A DNA stretch of 62,715 nucleotides, filler included, from Syncephalis fuscata S228 (lineage: Eukaryota > Fungi > Zoopagomycota), in assembly GCA_025786725.1 (NCBI GenBank). It is 3 parts of 3 records of this genome, joined end to end, with 100 filler letters (N's around TTAATTAATTAA, not from the genome) between each part and the next. Parts side by side here need not be neighbours in the genome. Positions count along the whole stretch, not along the records: positions 1 to 26,057 come from JAHLTZ010000113.1; 2 more parts are not named here. One strand, given 5' to 3'. Positions 1 through 14,712 of the stretch are shown in pieces. Position numbers and translations under genes: made by a program. Each line of letters starts with the position of its first letter. Positions within the stretch are counted from its first letter, which is position 1. The notes under the pieces were generated by a model. It was given only the letters and a program-made list of their open reading frames with translations, was not told the origin of the DNA and did no database searches.

Positions 1-446
1 TATACTAATAGTAGTAATACTAATAATAATACTAATAATAATAATAGCAGTAAAGGTAGAGTAAAGTAGTATTGATGGTGGTGGTGTTGTCGTAGTCGTA
101 GTCGTCGTAGTAATGGTGAAATACCACAAGAATAGCAAATAAAAGGAACGAAGAGAGAAAAGTGGATAGGTAACGGTTCACGCCACACACACACACATAT
201 ATATATACAAACAAACAAGTCTTTTAATCAAATAGACTAGTAAATGTATATATATATATATAGAAAGAGAGAGAGAAGGACAATTGGTAACTAATGGGTG
301 AAATAAATTGAACAAATAACAAATTGTAACAATAACAGCAATAATAGTAATATTGGACTTAGTAGCAATGCCAAGCTGACTAATGAATGAACAAATTGTA
401 AAACAATAATATCAATAATAGAACGGTACACAGCAAGGAATATCAA

Positions 447-1089
447 TTAAGACGATTCCTTATCCATAGTGGATTGCGATACTGAAAGTAACTACAGATG
501 AATTAGATGTTTAGCCATTTATGACAGTTACATATATTATAGCTTACATTCTTCTGTTCCTCTTTTGTACTTTCTGAATCCTCATCAAAGTGTAGAATAG
601 CAGCAACCTCGGCCAATTGACTACGAATCTTACTTGGCTAAAAGAGACATAATAAATAGATACATTATGAGTCATCGTTAATTAATAACATCTAATACTT
701 ACATCGACGTTGCCGCGACGCATACTGTTGATACCTATAGCATGCTATGAATAAATATACTATTAATGTATTATCAGTCTAGTAGTTACCGATATGTCCT
801 GTGTGCTATTATGATATAAGAAATAAATGGTAATAAACAGCAATAAACAGTATACGTTAATTGCTATTGTTTAACCTTATTTATACTGTGACGGTTAAAT
901 TACCTGGAAATTTTTGGGTGGACCAATGTTAAGTTTATTGATACGCTTACGATTGCCTGCTTTACCACCCTTGTAAGACCGAAGATCACCTGATGACGAA
1001 GTGGAAGATGGTTTCCAGCATAGCCAGCTGCTGAGTGGAGATAGACAGCCGGCAGAGGATGGTGCGGCTTGAGACTTGGTATTAGCCAT
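447..1089 (-). CDS. Small CRIB/PBD-domain protein (CDC42 small effector/SPEC-like), 5 exons
   Basis: Manual splicing at GT-AG sites gives MANTKSQ...WLCWKP...RKRINKLNIGPPKNFQ|HTGHIG|INSMRRGNVD|PSKIRSQLAEVAAILHF...|LLSVSQSTMDKESS*. IGxPxNFxHxxHIG is the CRIB consensus. Confidence 0.8.
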
Positions 1090-2329
1090 GGATACAGTAG
1101 ATTGTATCAGTAATGCTATCATGTTTAATATCAGAAATAAAATGGTTAGTATGAATATCGATACTGATACTGATAATACAAATAGCCGTCTAGTTATATA
1201 TATATAACAGTGTTTTATGGTTGTTAAGCAACAATAGTAAATAAACAACTGATGAACAGACTAAGGCGCTGTTTATCGGTGTAAACAAGTCATGGTGGCC
1301 AATTAGTGGTTTACACCTTTTATTCATAGTGGCGGTGGTAGTGAGCGAGTTACTCGACAATCTCGTAGTTTATACAGCCACCCCGCTTTACACTCCACAT
1401 TTATAAGAGAGGAGGACCTACCGTATCTGAAATAAACAACAGGGGGGCACGTGGATACACGCGCAAGTGCAAAGTATAAGATAGATAGATAGATAGATAA
1501 AAGACGACGACGAGAGAGAAGTAAAAGGTAGACGAACAGACAAGTAGCAAGTGCGTAAGCGAACGAGAGCGAACAGTAAGTGAAGGTGGCGGAAAGTAGT
1601 GCAATGCAAAGGATGATCTCAAGGCAAAAGAAAGAAACAGAATATGCAAAAGCAAGGCTTCACTTTGACAGTTTAAAAAGGAATGTTGCATGCGTAGTGT
1701 GTGTGTGTGTGGATAGATTACAGCTTACTTATTTAGTTACTCACCCATTTTGCCATTCACGTAGCTGCTGCATTCGTGTACTGTGTTGTAGTGTGCGCAG
1801 TCCAGCCATGCATCATCCACGTTACATACAAGTAGCCTCCCCCTTCCCCTCCATTTGCCACCCATCGATCATTCAAAATGCCACATGTTGTCGACATGTG
1901 GCATGCATAGCAAGTCTTTTTTCTTTATCACCCATCTCTAGCTACTTGTGTATTTATTCGCATCCCATCATTCGCGTTGATATTTATCGATAATTCACTT
2001 GATACTTGAAAGTTACACGCATTTAAGGGGTAATGACGACAATATGTAACAAGAATGGTGCTACCACCCGTGTTGTATTATTATAGCAATAAAGCAACGA
2101 TAAACTAGTTATATAGAATGATTAAAGCTTGTTAACATTAATGTATTGGTGTAGTAAATAGTTGTAGAAGTCATGTAGCTATTTATTAGTATTATGACAG
2201 ATTCAACAATGCACTACACTTATAATGTCTGTTACGTAATAAATAAAACTCAGTTTAAACTGTAGACTGTGATTTTATAAACTCTATTAATAATATGTAG
2301 TCAATAAAGTATATAATTATATAAAACAT

Positions 2330-2640
2330 TATGAGCCAGCAAGTGAGAGCGCGTGAATATCGATGAAGAAATTATAGTGTGTATGACAACGCAATGAACG
2401 AAATGAATCGAGACTTTAATGAATAAAGCTAGATTACAATACGTAATACTTTTAAACAAAGCGTAGCTATCATATAATAAAATGTGTATAATAACATCCT
2501 AGAGTGATATACAGTAATGTGGAGATACAATGATAATGATATATGTGTACTGGATATATGCATACTAGATAATAAATCTATGCTAAAAAGTATTTGATAA
2601 TTGATGCTATTCGCCATCCATCATCATGTTCAATAGAAAA
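2330..2640 (+). repeat. Partial copy of dispersed repeat family B
   Basis: 2545-2636 (tatatgcatactagataataaatcta...catcatgttcaataga) matches 10610-10695 and 38697-38780. The left boundary is approximate. Confidence 0.65.
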
Positions 2641-2691
2641 ACTGCCTAGCTCAATTATTTGTACTAAATATTTATAACTAACAGTCTTTAT

Positions 2692-4762
2692 TTATATCAT
2701 ATATGCTTCGTAATGATTATTGTCATCAATTTTACCAATGACGCCGGCTGATGATTTATGTTTGTGATGTTCCGGCATTGAATCTTCCCTTGGATCTGGT
2801 AACTGCGGTACTTCAATAAGGTCTAAAAGCTTATCTTTAGCGTTAATTTTAGCTGGCCAATTGTTAAAACAGGCTGGTGGTTTGTAAATACGGCCAGTTT
2901 GCATATCAATAAACCAACTTTCATTAAGATTCCAGATAAACAATTCGCACAAAGAGCCAAGAAAGGGTGTAATTTTAATGTTATTTACACAAACAATCGA
3001 ACGCAGTAAATTTCCAGCTCGAGCGTCCAGTACATCAATTGTTTCATTGCTTTGAAGAACAATCAGCTTCTTACTGTATAGGTTTGTAATAGTACTTTCA
3101 CGTATAGGTCGACTCCATAATACACGTCCTTGTTCGAAACTATCAATTGGTAGTAGTTGACCATAATCTCTGGCGTCGAATAGCGATTTTGATGATGCAT
3201 TTGATGCATTCTTTCCAATTACAAAAAACAACAATAAATTGCTGAATATTTTGTCTTTAATGTTGCTTTCGTTATTGCTTGAATGGTCAACAGTAATTAA
3301 ACACATTCTTTCTGTATATGTCTCAACAGTAATTGTGGCATCTGGCCAGTATGGAATAGTAATTTGATTCGATAGTATCCTATTACTTTTAGACTGACTC
3401 TTTCGAGCGTCGAATATTTCCCATTGGATGTACAATGATTGATAGTCATCGTCAACAGTTTGTGGATCTTTACTGGCCATAAAAGTCGAAGCAAGGTTAA
3501 ATTCTCCAGTGTCATGTATTAACGTGCATGTTAAAAACTGACATTGGTCGCGGGAAGCAAACTGAATACAAGCGGATGTACTGTAATCGTCTAATTGTAA
3601 TCCTTTTATCCATCGATTGCCATCTAAATCAAATAGATCAAATCGTTGATATGGGTATTGTGGATACTTGGTATGTAAAAGCATCCATTCATTATGAATA
3701 TCAGAAAAGCAGTAAAATTCTTCACTTTTCCCATATTCGTGTATACATCCAAGATAAATGATGTTAGGTAGTGAGTTGCCAGCATTAGGCCATACTAAAA
3801 TAGCTTTTCGCCAACTATATTCCCGTTCATTTGAAGATGTAATTGTTGAGGTTGCATTAGAATGTCTACCCAAATTATCAGTGGCTTTATGCTCGGCTTC
3901 TTCAATGTACTGTGCTTTTAGTTCATTCGCGTTTACTATTTTAATAATATTAATAAATGCTTTATATGTTCATTAGTATTAATAATTGTTAGTTACCTAT
4001 TGGGTCTCCAGGTGTTATGCTGTTCAGTTCGTTACATATTTTTATATCAACAGTGGCCACAACAAACCGGCGCAGTCCATAGCTATGAAGAATAACCGTG
4101 TATTTGCTATCAAATAGAAATGACGATAAAGAAGTAGGTAATTCTTTACATGTCAATTCATTATTGTTGTGCTCGTTTTTATTGCTAAAGATATTGTGTT
4201 GAATTGACCAAAATCTATTCCCTTCTCTGTCCAACACTAATGAATACCAAGGATTTACGTCGAGTAGCTCTGGTTCGGTGCTTTGCTTAAGTGGCACTTT
4301 GCATGTCTGCTTTTTGAGCTGTCCCGCCATAAAATTATGATTAGTTTGCCGACGTCGTTGATAAGCATAAAACCATTGAGTGGCACTAAAATCAGAAATA
4401 TATTCTGAATAACTAGCGGATAATGTATATTCATTATCAATATTATCAATAGTTTTACTGGTAGAATATAATAAATGTTCTTGTTTTGTCTCATTTATAT
4501 TGGCCATCAATTCTTTGGATTTTGTTGTAGTATCAATGCACCAGTTATGCCATGTAAGCCATTCTTGTTCACGCCAATCACCCAGACAAAACTTTCGCTT
4601 AAATTGATGTTCCCAATAGTCCGGTCTAGCAACTATTGTCTGGTGAATAAGTCGACAACTGGTAGCAAAAAGTGCCAGCTCCTTGCCATTCATAAAGCGG
4701 CATAGATACAGTAAAACATCACAGTTTTGCCATAAACGTTCACTATGAGTGTTTAAAGGCAT
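2692..4762 (-). CDS. F-box-like protein with predicted beta-rich C-terminal region (lineage-specific family), 2 exons
   Basis: ATG at 4762 (MPLNTHSERLWQNCDVLLYLCRFMNGKELALFATSCRLIHQTI...YWEHQF, an F-box-like pattern). Intron 3996-3936 joins in frame to the ORF ending at 2692. Paralog at 6090-8152. Confidence 0.75.
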
Positions 4763-6089
4763 AGTTGACCAGAAATAACTGTGCAAAAAGTGATATGCAA
4801 TAGACAGAATGGGCAATAGTAGGTGCGAGTAGAAAGAAAAGGGCATACTCAAATGTAGGTTGCTTTATTCTATTTAAAATACTTAATGGTTACACGATTC
4901 CATGGCTATTGTTGCATGGGTATTACTATTATTTGGTCTATAAATAGTATATAGAGGTTTATTGAATCGTATAAAAATGCTATGAATTGCCAGTAAACTA
5001 AGCGCAGTTTTAAATCGTTTAATAGTCAGCTTATTCCCGTAGATAATTACATTGTAGCTACTAGTGCTATACTAACAAATATTAATACGAGCTATCATGT
5101 CAGATAATGGTCAGTATTATAGTTTGGATAACAGGTAAAACTGGGATGTATAAATGTGCTATTTTATGTTGTTTATTATAAAGTATTATTGAGTATTTCA
5201 TAGCTATACGGTCATAAAGACTAGATATAAATATGTAGCAATAAAACATTTAATAGTAATGGTCATGATGTAATCCAATTGCCAGTATTTACAACGCAAT
5301 GATGACTAATTGTTGTATTTTTAAACATTGCTAAATATTATAAAATGTCGCAATACAGTTATAATTAATTATAAAAATACTATAAAATACATTAATAACT
5401 ATAAATATGTAAGGATTTGTACCAATATAAGTTTAATAGGCATAAGTGCTTTTTATTGATAATAAACCAACCAGTTATATAGCTATTTTTTGCATAAGTA
5501 GAATATAAAGCTTAAAATATAATAAAATGCGCATTTACTATTATTTAGTGTGGAAAAATAGAGCATTTCTAATTACTAAATATGGTAATAGTAGATAAAT
5601 CAAAAATAGCTTTTATATTGTAATAATTACATAGAAATTTCGTAATTAAACATGTGTAAGACATGCATACAAGATTCCTAATACCACTTACTATTAGTTT
5701 TATTATCAGTATCTAGTAGTAGCATTTTAACAAACAACATGGCTTCCTGTCTAAAATCCATCCCTGTTTTCATTACGAATAAGAAACATTGTCCATAAGT
5801 CTCCCGTATTGACTGAATATTAATTACGGCAAGGTTTTACAATACCACTTGGTAGATAGATAACATATTTACAAGATATGATAAATTATATAAACTAGTT
5901 TTAGTTGCCATAGAGCTGTATCATTTGCATAAAAAGTTACAAGAAATGCATACATATTTGCGCAGCCGGTATGCTGTAAATAGAACGAAACAGCCCATAT
6001 TTAAGCAGTATTTTTATTTTTATTTTCACTAACTATTGTCCGTCCTATCTATCATATAGCACTTTTAGCACAGCTACTACTAATCAACC

Positions 6090-8152
6090 ATGTCTTCAGA
6101 CACTCATAGTGGATGTTTATGGCAAAATCGCAATGTTTTATTGTATTTATCTCGCTTTATAGAGGCTAAGGAATTAGTACTTTTTGCCAACAGCTGTCAG
6201 CTTATTCACCAAACAATAGCAAATCAATTTGATTATTGGAAATATCAATTTAGACGGGAATTTTGTCTGGGTGATCGACATGAACAAGAATGGCTTACGT
6301 GGTATAACTGGCACATCAATGCTAAAACAAAATTAAAAAAGTCTACGTCCGATCTACATAAGAAAAAACGAAAACGTTTACTATCACCCACTAATAAGGT
6401 TATTGATAATGATGACAATGAGTATATGTTATCTGCTAGGCATCTACCATCCACTTATAATTTTAATACCACCCGGTGGTTCTATGCTTATCAGCGGCGT
6501 CGACAGACTAATCATAATTTTAGGACAGGCCGACTCAAAAGACAGATATGCCAATTGCCAGTTGAAGGCAATAGCCCGTGGATAAGAGAAATAAATACTT
6601 GGTTTGGGCTGGTGTACAACAAGGAAAGAGATTACTTTTGGCTAATTCGACACAATACCTTTAACAATAAAAATGACCAGAATAATAAGGAATTGGCGCG
6701 GAAAGATTTGGGTATTCCTTTATTGACAACAAATAAGGATTACGGATACAGATTAAACGATGGATTTGCAATGCGTCGATTTGTTGTAGCTAATTTTTCA
6801 ATACATACATATAGTGACATAAAAAATATAGCCTTTGGAGATCCAATAGGTAACTAATAATTTTTAACGTCCGTTATTGTAGCAAATATTTACTAATGCT
6901 ATTTAAATAGTAAACATGAATGAGTTAGAAGAACAGTACATGGAAGAAACTAAACATAAATATTCTGTTAATTTATTTAAACACTCTAATATGTTTTCGA
7001 CAATTAAATCTTTAAGTGAACGGGAATATAGCTGGCGAAAAACCATTGTAGTGTGGCCTACTGCAGGTAACTCACCGCCTAATATTATTTGTCTTGGACG
7101 TGGAGAACGAGATGAAGGAAAAAAAGGAATATAAAATTTTAGACATTCATAGTGAATGGGTGCTTTTACATACCAAATATCCACAATACCCATACCAACA
7201 ATTTGATCTATTTGATTTAGATGGCAATCGATGGATAGAAGGACTAAAATTGGATAATCACAATACAGCTGGCTGTATTCGGTTTGCTTCTTACGATCAA
7301 TGCCAATTTCTAACATGTACAATAATACACGATGTTAAAGAATCTGACTCTGCTTCTACTGCTATAGCTACTCGAGACTTACAAGCTGCCAATAGTAATG
7401 ATCAAACATTATACATCCAATGGAAACTATTTGACGCTCGAAAGGGTCAGTTTCAGAGTAATAGGATACTATCGAATCAAATCGCTATTCCATATTGGCC
7501 AAATGCTACAATTCAAGCCAAAACCCACACAGAAATAATATGCCTAATTACTGCAACTGAGCCATACGTTAAATTAGATAATGATGACTATCAACCACAC
7601 AATTCTTTACTTTTGTTTTTTGTGATTGGAAAAAATATATCAAATGCATCAATACAATCGCTATTCCACGCCAAAGATTATGGTCAGCTACTACCAATTG
7701 ATAGTTTCGAACAAATACGTGTATTATGGAGTCAACCTATACGTGAAAGTACTATTACAAACCTATACAGTAAGAAACTAATCGTTCTTTCTAACTACGC
7801 CAAAATTGATGTATTAAATGCTTGAAATGGAAGTTTACTGCGCTCAATTGCTTGTATACAACACACTAAATTTACTCCCTTTCTCGGATCATTATGTGGA
7901 TTATATTGCTGTGACAGTAGATATTTTAGTTTTATTGACATGCAAACAGGCCGTATTTACTGTCTGTCATATTGCACTGACAAATATTTGGCTAAAGGCG
8001 ACGCTGGAGGTGATTTTCTAGGCCCCATTGAAGTACCACAGTTACCAGGAATAGATAAAAATTTTGCATCTGATACTTTAGAATATAGTGTATTAAACGT
8101 CGCTATTGGTCAAACATATATCTATGGAACCTACGATTTATACATGTCATAA
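6090..8152 (+). pseudogene. Disrupted paralog of the 2692-4762 F-box-like gene
   Basis: Colinear similarity and the same intron position (GDPI|). An extra A in the A-run near 7119-7125 shifts the frame. An in-frame TGA at 7823-7825 sits where the paralog has CGA (Arg). Confidence 0.7.
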
Positions 8153-8548
8153 ATAAACAGCCTTATTTGTATAGTATGCATTTTAAATACTCAATTAAAT
8201 AATGTTTAATAAATATTTGAGTTTTTATACTAGCTATTTACTTAACATACTACTGATATTAATGCTAATAGCTTCAATGGCTTTATTGAATTCAGTTATG
8301 CTGATACTTTTTTAACAAATTAAATGTGCATCAAGTGTAAACCTAAAACACTAGACAACATAAAAATTACAGGTCAAATATAAAGACATGCTTTACTCAA
8401 TACTAAACTTACAACATAATAGCTGCCAAAAGTATACACTATACTCTTATGTACAAATCAAAAATGTGATGAATATTATGACGAGTTGAAGCAAGTAATT
8501 AACCAATCATCCACTTCCCATGCGACTAATCATAACTTTTTATAGATT

Positions 8549-8909
8549 GGGAGCTACTTCCCTTTGAGTCCCTAGATTCAAACTAGACAAAAAGATCCGT
8601 AGCTCGAATAATAAACCGTCAATCAGTTTTTACTACGAAGAAAGGGTTTGTTGAAGCAGTGCCACATCAACTTCGATTGAATTAATCAGTGCTAATTAAT
8701 CAGCACAATTTTCAATATTAGTGTTAATTAATGTTAAATAGTATTTTATGCTACTTACAATAAAATGCTACATTTGATTGTAATGTTGATGCAACAGTGT
8801 CAGTTTGATTTCTTATAATAGCAGGTGGTAAGAAATCAGAAGGGCTTGATTCACCACTGACCATTGTACTGAATATACTGTGCATGTTTCTGCTGGCATT
8901 AACATCGCA
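8549..8909 (-). mobile_element. Putative Fanzor/TnpB-like 3' remnant with downstream structured (omegaRNA-like) segment and transposon end
   Basis: 8909-8751 translates as CDVNASRNMHSIFSTMVSGESSPSDF..., compared with the RuvC-III motif RDxNAxxN...RP..F. Hairpins follow downstream, and the segment ends in ...GTAGCTCCC, similar to the repeat end at 39124. Confidence 0.45.
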
Positions 8910-9113
8910 CTATTTATTCATTCATTTAAATTATTAATTTATTGATCCATCTTTTAGAATATAATTACATTTCATTATTTCAATAATGACACCTTCTATG
9001 GCTACACTTGTCTTAAGAAGCATTGACTTTGATTGTATTTCCTATTACACTCAGTAATTTATTGGCAGTACGCTCTATAACAACAACTTTAGTATTAAAT
9101 GGCCTTAATGTTT

Positions 9114-9722
9114 CTACTGTACTTTAACTCCCACATTTTTAAATACAATTAAACATTCACTCGTCACTATAGCATGTATAATATTACATCCAACATTAAT
9201 CAACTCATGTGTAATTAAATATACACATTACGGTATTAGTTGAAGTTGAAATAACATTTAATAAAATAAAAGGCTTTTTACACTGAATTGTTAAACATAT
9301 TTGCTGAAGTGGTCTACAAGTATAAAAAGAATAAAATAATTGCGATTACTAAATATGATTGTTACAATATGCAAATGTGGTTCAAGTAAACAGAAACAAG
9401 ATAGAAAAGAAATAGACTATATAGCAGTTTGATGTGCAGTATGACAAACAAGCAACAGAAGTAATGAAGAACGATGTGGAATCGCAATCATATGGCTTCT
9501 ATTAATATTCAATCAATCTTTTTACACATGGCCAACAACAATCGGTCTTAAATGTTCCAAAGAAATCAAATAGTATGTTACACTATTTATTTAAATTGAT
9601 TTATTAACAGTATTTTAATAGGAAGTAGTATAACTATGTTGTGCATCATAACAGCATGACTCTGATTGGAACGAATTGTGCTTTGGGGACAGATGTGGGA
9701 GCAAAGTAAACGCAACCGTAGC
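9114..9722 (+). mobile_element. MITE-like repeat family A, copy 1
   Basis: Blocks 9114-9217 and ~9468-9717 match 39129-39260 and ~39507-39760. Imperfect inverted termini: (c)tactgtactttaactcccacat / atgtgggagcaaagta. Confidence 0.6.
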
Positions 9723-9723
9723 C

Positions 9724-9885
9724 TTTTAAATAAATAGTGTAACATATCATTTGATTTTTTTTTTGAAACATTTAAGACCGATCATTGTTGACCATGTGTA
9801 GGAAGATTGATTGAATATTAATAGAAGTCATATGCTTGATTCCATATCATTCCGCAATCGTTGTTGTGGCGTTAATACATACATG
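9724..9885 (-). repeat. Inverted partial copy of family A, forming a fold-back with ~9470-9597
   Basis: tttaaataaatagtgtaacata...ttgaatattaatagaag is the reverse complement of cttctattaatattcaa...tatgttacactatttatttaaa. Confidence 0.8.
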
Positions 9886-10289
9886 CTATGTATCATTTCA
9901 TTTTTAGCTTTTAACTTTTAGTACTTGTTAATTGAGTTAAATAAACTGCATCATCATTGTAGATTCATTATCCCGTATGCATATATCATCACATTATGTG
10001 TTATTACCATATATACTCATCACTTTGCTTGATTAACATTAAAATCATAACTAATTGACATGATCTAGTTTATTTATAAATAAGCTTAATAAAACATAAC
10101 TTCGTTCATATCCATATTATCTGTTCTATCAATATAACCCAGTGACCAAACTAAGTGCAATATGTCAATGTTTATTCATAAAGAGTTGGAACCATACCGA
10201 CAACGACTATAGACAGCGTATAACCAATATATAATAAAATGATAAACATTATACTAAATACACAATATTGAGCGAGATTAGCCATGTTG

Positions 10290-10730
10290 AAGTTAATGAG
10301 CATATATGCATGATCAATGAGCGTAATTAGTCGACATTTATTAATAATAAAGCTAGAATAAAAATAAAAATAGTTTTGGGTAGAGGAAGGCTAGGCGAAT
10401 ATAGAATAATATATAGAACGATAAATGTATGGTAAGAAAGCATATAAAACGATGTCAAAGCTATGGTGTGTATAATGCAATGAGGGGAATGAGTGAAGTG
10501 TAATGGAACATATAAACAATAGAATATGTCTAATATATCTTAGAATGCTATAAATTAGTGTGGGATAGAATGGGAATGATATAGGTGAATAGAGTATATA
10601 TGTGTACTGAATATATGCATACTGGATAATGAATCTACAATGATGAGTATTTGATGATCGACGTCATTCACCACCCGTCATCATGTTCAATAGATTGGGT
10701 GTTATTAAAAATAGTCATTTGACCACCAAA
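10290..10730 (+). repeat. Dispersed repeat family B, ~430 bp copy
   Basis: Colinear with the reverse complement of 38146-38572 (aagttaatgagcatatatgcatga ... agaatgggaatgatataggt ... catttgacca). Confidence 0.8.
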
Positions 10731-11797
10731 AAAACAATAAATGTGATGATGTGCTGATTAAATAAAACTCACCACTTGTCCCCATGTTCATTAGATTGAG
10801 TTTGTAGCTCAGTTGTGCGAATGTTACAAAAATTGTTTACTTCAAATTACATTAAATGACTAATAAGTTGTTTAATGTTAAAAGCCATCTTTATTTAACT
10901 AATGAATAAGATAATATATACAATCCATAAATTGAATGACATTGTACATAAAGAGACTGAACAAATTAAAATATAGATGAGGGAATGGTTCAAGTAGTAG
11001 AATAAAAGAAAGAATAAAAATTAATAGTATAAAAGCAAATATAATTATGGAATATGTCATCAGTAAAACAATAGCTGTAATAAGAAAAATAGATAACAAA
11101 CAATATAAGCAAATATATTCATAGAACAATGAGTGTAATAAGAATGACAAACATATTTATAGAACAATGTCAACAGTAAAATAAAAAGGATGAATATCAA
11201 TGCATAAGCAAATGTCATTATCATAAAACATGATGTTATAATTGACAGCTAAACTTTTAAGCATTAGATTTAGTATATAAGCAACAATGTTTATTGAATG
11301 TTAAATAAAATACTTGTAAACATACCTATTCTAAACTACGCCTTATATATATACCATTTTTAAATAAGAATATGCAACCATCCTTATAAATTTCACTTGC
11401 CATATTATATGGCGCAATAAGTATGACTTTTTTGGGGGCGGGTTCGTCTCAATGAGACTTTTCAGATATTGAATGTAAGTTTTATTGAAATGTTTAAAAT
11501 GGCAACTACTAATATAATGTTCTATTACATTTAATTCTATTTTATAAAAATGATACTGTTATTATATTATACTAATGTTTATTCTAAATGATCATTTAAA
11601 CACAAATTAATCCAAACAACTCACTACAATCGATTGCGTAAAAAGATTTGCTGCCCCGAGAGATTAAAATAGATAATCAGCAGATAGATCATCGTAATCT
11701 AGATATTAAATTTACACACACACATACACACACGTGTTAACCATTTAACTGCTGTTCTTACTTTTGTTTGTCACTCAAAGCTATCCTACGCGTCATC

Positions 11798-13316
<1,519 letters not shown>

Positions 13317-13401
13317 ACAGAACAGCAGTTCTATTATAACATATTACCAATAGTCATGACGAGTAGATTGTGAGGAATTGATTATAATAAATCCCATAGT
13401 A

Positions 13402-14712
13402 TTAGCTGTCTATGACAGGCAGTAAACGAAATTCTGCATAGGCTGTTTCATTGCTATGTTCAGAAGATATCATCATCTAAATGAACAATAATCAATAACA
13501 CTAGTATAAAAGTATTCATATATTATACACTATAACTTACTTGTAGGCCTAATAGACCATCCTGGTTTGCACGAATAGATGCCTTATTTGCCACGGATAA
13601 AGCTTCAAGTGCCGTTTTTAAATGGCTACTTCGATATCTATTAACCATTTATCACTATTAGTCGTTCATAGAGTTGTTCTATTTAATCATTACACTTACC
13701 GATACCGAGAATAATCCACGCTTGAAAACGATTCAACAATATCGACATTAGCATTAAAATTAACCTATTAAATTTTTAGTATAATGATCAATTGAATAGT
13801 CTATCATTTACCTCAGTACTGCCGGTAATACCATCGGCAGATATATTTAAAAAGGCCGGTTCAGCTGAAGCCGTAATAGTTACTAGATCGCATACTTCAA
13901 TAGCATGTACCAATGCATCTCGTAACCAATCAGCCTAGACAATTAATATTATTTGCATCATTAACGTAAACATAATAAAGAATAAATCATTTTATTTACC
14001 TTCATAATCACTTTGTAATAGAGTGGGGATTGATGCATATCAAAATAAAGCTGTTCAGTCATTTCAATACTTTGTAACTGACATGTCATAATAACTCCAT
14101 TCTCCTCTAGTCTATCATTTGGCTATTTATTATTGATCATTTTGTATTAATCCAACTATACTTACATTAAACTCAAATCATTATTTTCTTGTAATCGAAT
14201 AATCAGCGAGTTACTCGGTCCTGGTGGCAATAAAGATGTATTTGTCCGCAATCCACCGCCCAAGGAGCGTCGTTGCGTACCAAATGATTTGCCATCAGTG
14301 AAAGATCGACCACTGTTTTCGGTAATATTTAATGGAGCCAGAAAGAGTGCGAGCATACTTAGATTAATACCAAAAATATACGCTTCTTCACGAACTGGTG
14401 AATTAAATGTATATTGATGAAACAATTCCTTTTGTAAATATGCAAACGCTTGTAAACTACCAGCATCCTACGCAAATTAACAATGTTAATAGCTATTGAC
14501 AATAGTAATACAGCTAATACCGCCATTGCTATTACCTCTACAGAAAACTTAATACCATCGTTTGTGACCGTGCAAATAGCCAACTAACCAATGACAAGGT
14601 TGATTAGTCAAGTAAAAGTGTAATTCGGTAGACAAACCTCTTTAAAATGAACAGACTTGGTCAGCATGTAGATATGCTGTGTCCCTGTTATTTTCGCCTC
14701 AAACTGTGTCAT
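13402..14712 (-). CDS. RAD1: 9-1-1 checkpoint clamp subunit Rad1/Rec1 (S. cerevisiae Rad17 orthologue; not the NER nuclease)
   Basis: Spliced exons: MTQFEAKI..SVHFKE|LAICTVTNDGIKFSVE|DAGSLQAFAYLQKELFHQYTF..FGINL; DWLRDAL; RYRSSHLKTALEALSVANKASIRANQDGLLGLQ|MMISSEH..AYAEFRLLPVIDS*. Confidence 0.85.

Noticed and set aside
1-420. ORF 32..214 and TAA/GTA/CA/TA runs
   Set aside because: Low-complexity microsatellite-like 3' UTR/intergenic DNA of the CRIB gene.
1401-1993. Overlapping 60-137 aa ORFs
   Set aside because: Simple-repeat-rich upstream region with no protein motifs.
7823-7825. In-frame TGA as possible selenocysteine, readthrough or alternative genetic code
   Set aside because: The paralog has CGA (Arg), so a C->T transition explains it, and the gene has a second lesion.
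8930-9113. KVVVIE in a minus-strand frame as possible Fanzor RuvC-II
   Set aside because: It lacks the following E-x-x-TS..CxxC pattern and is too weak to count as support.
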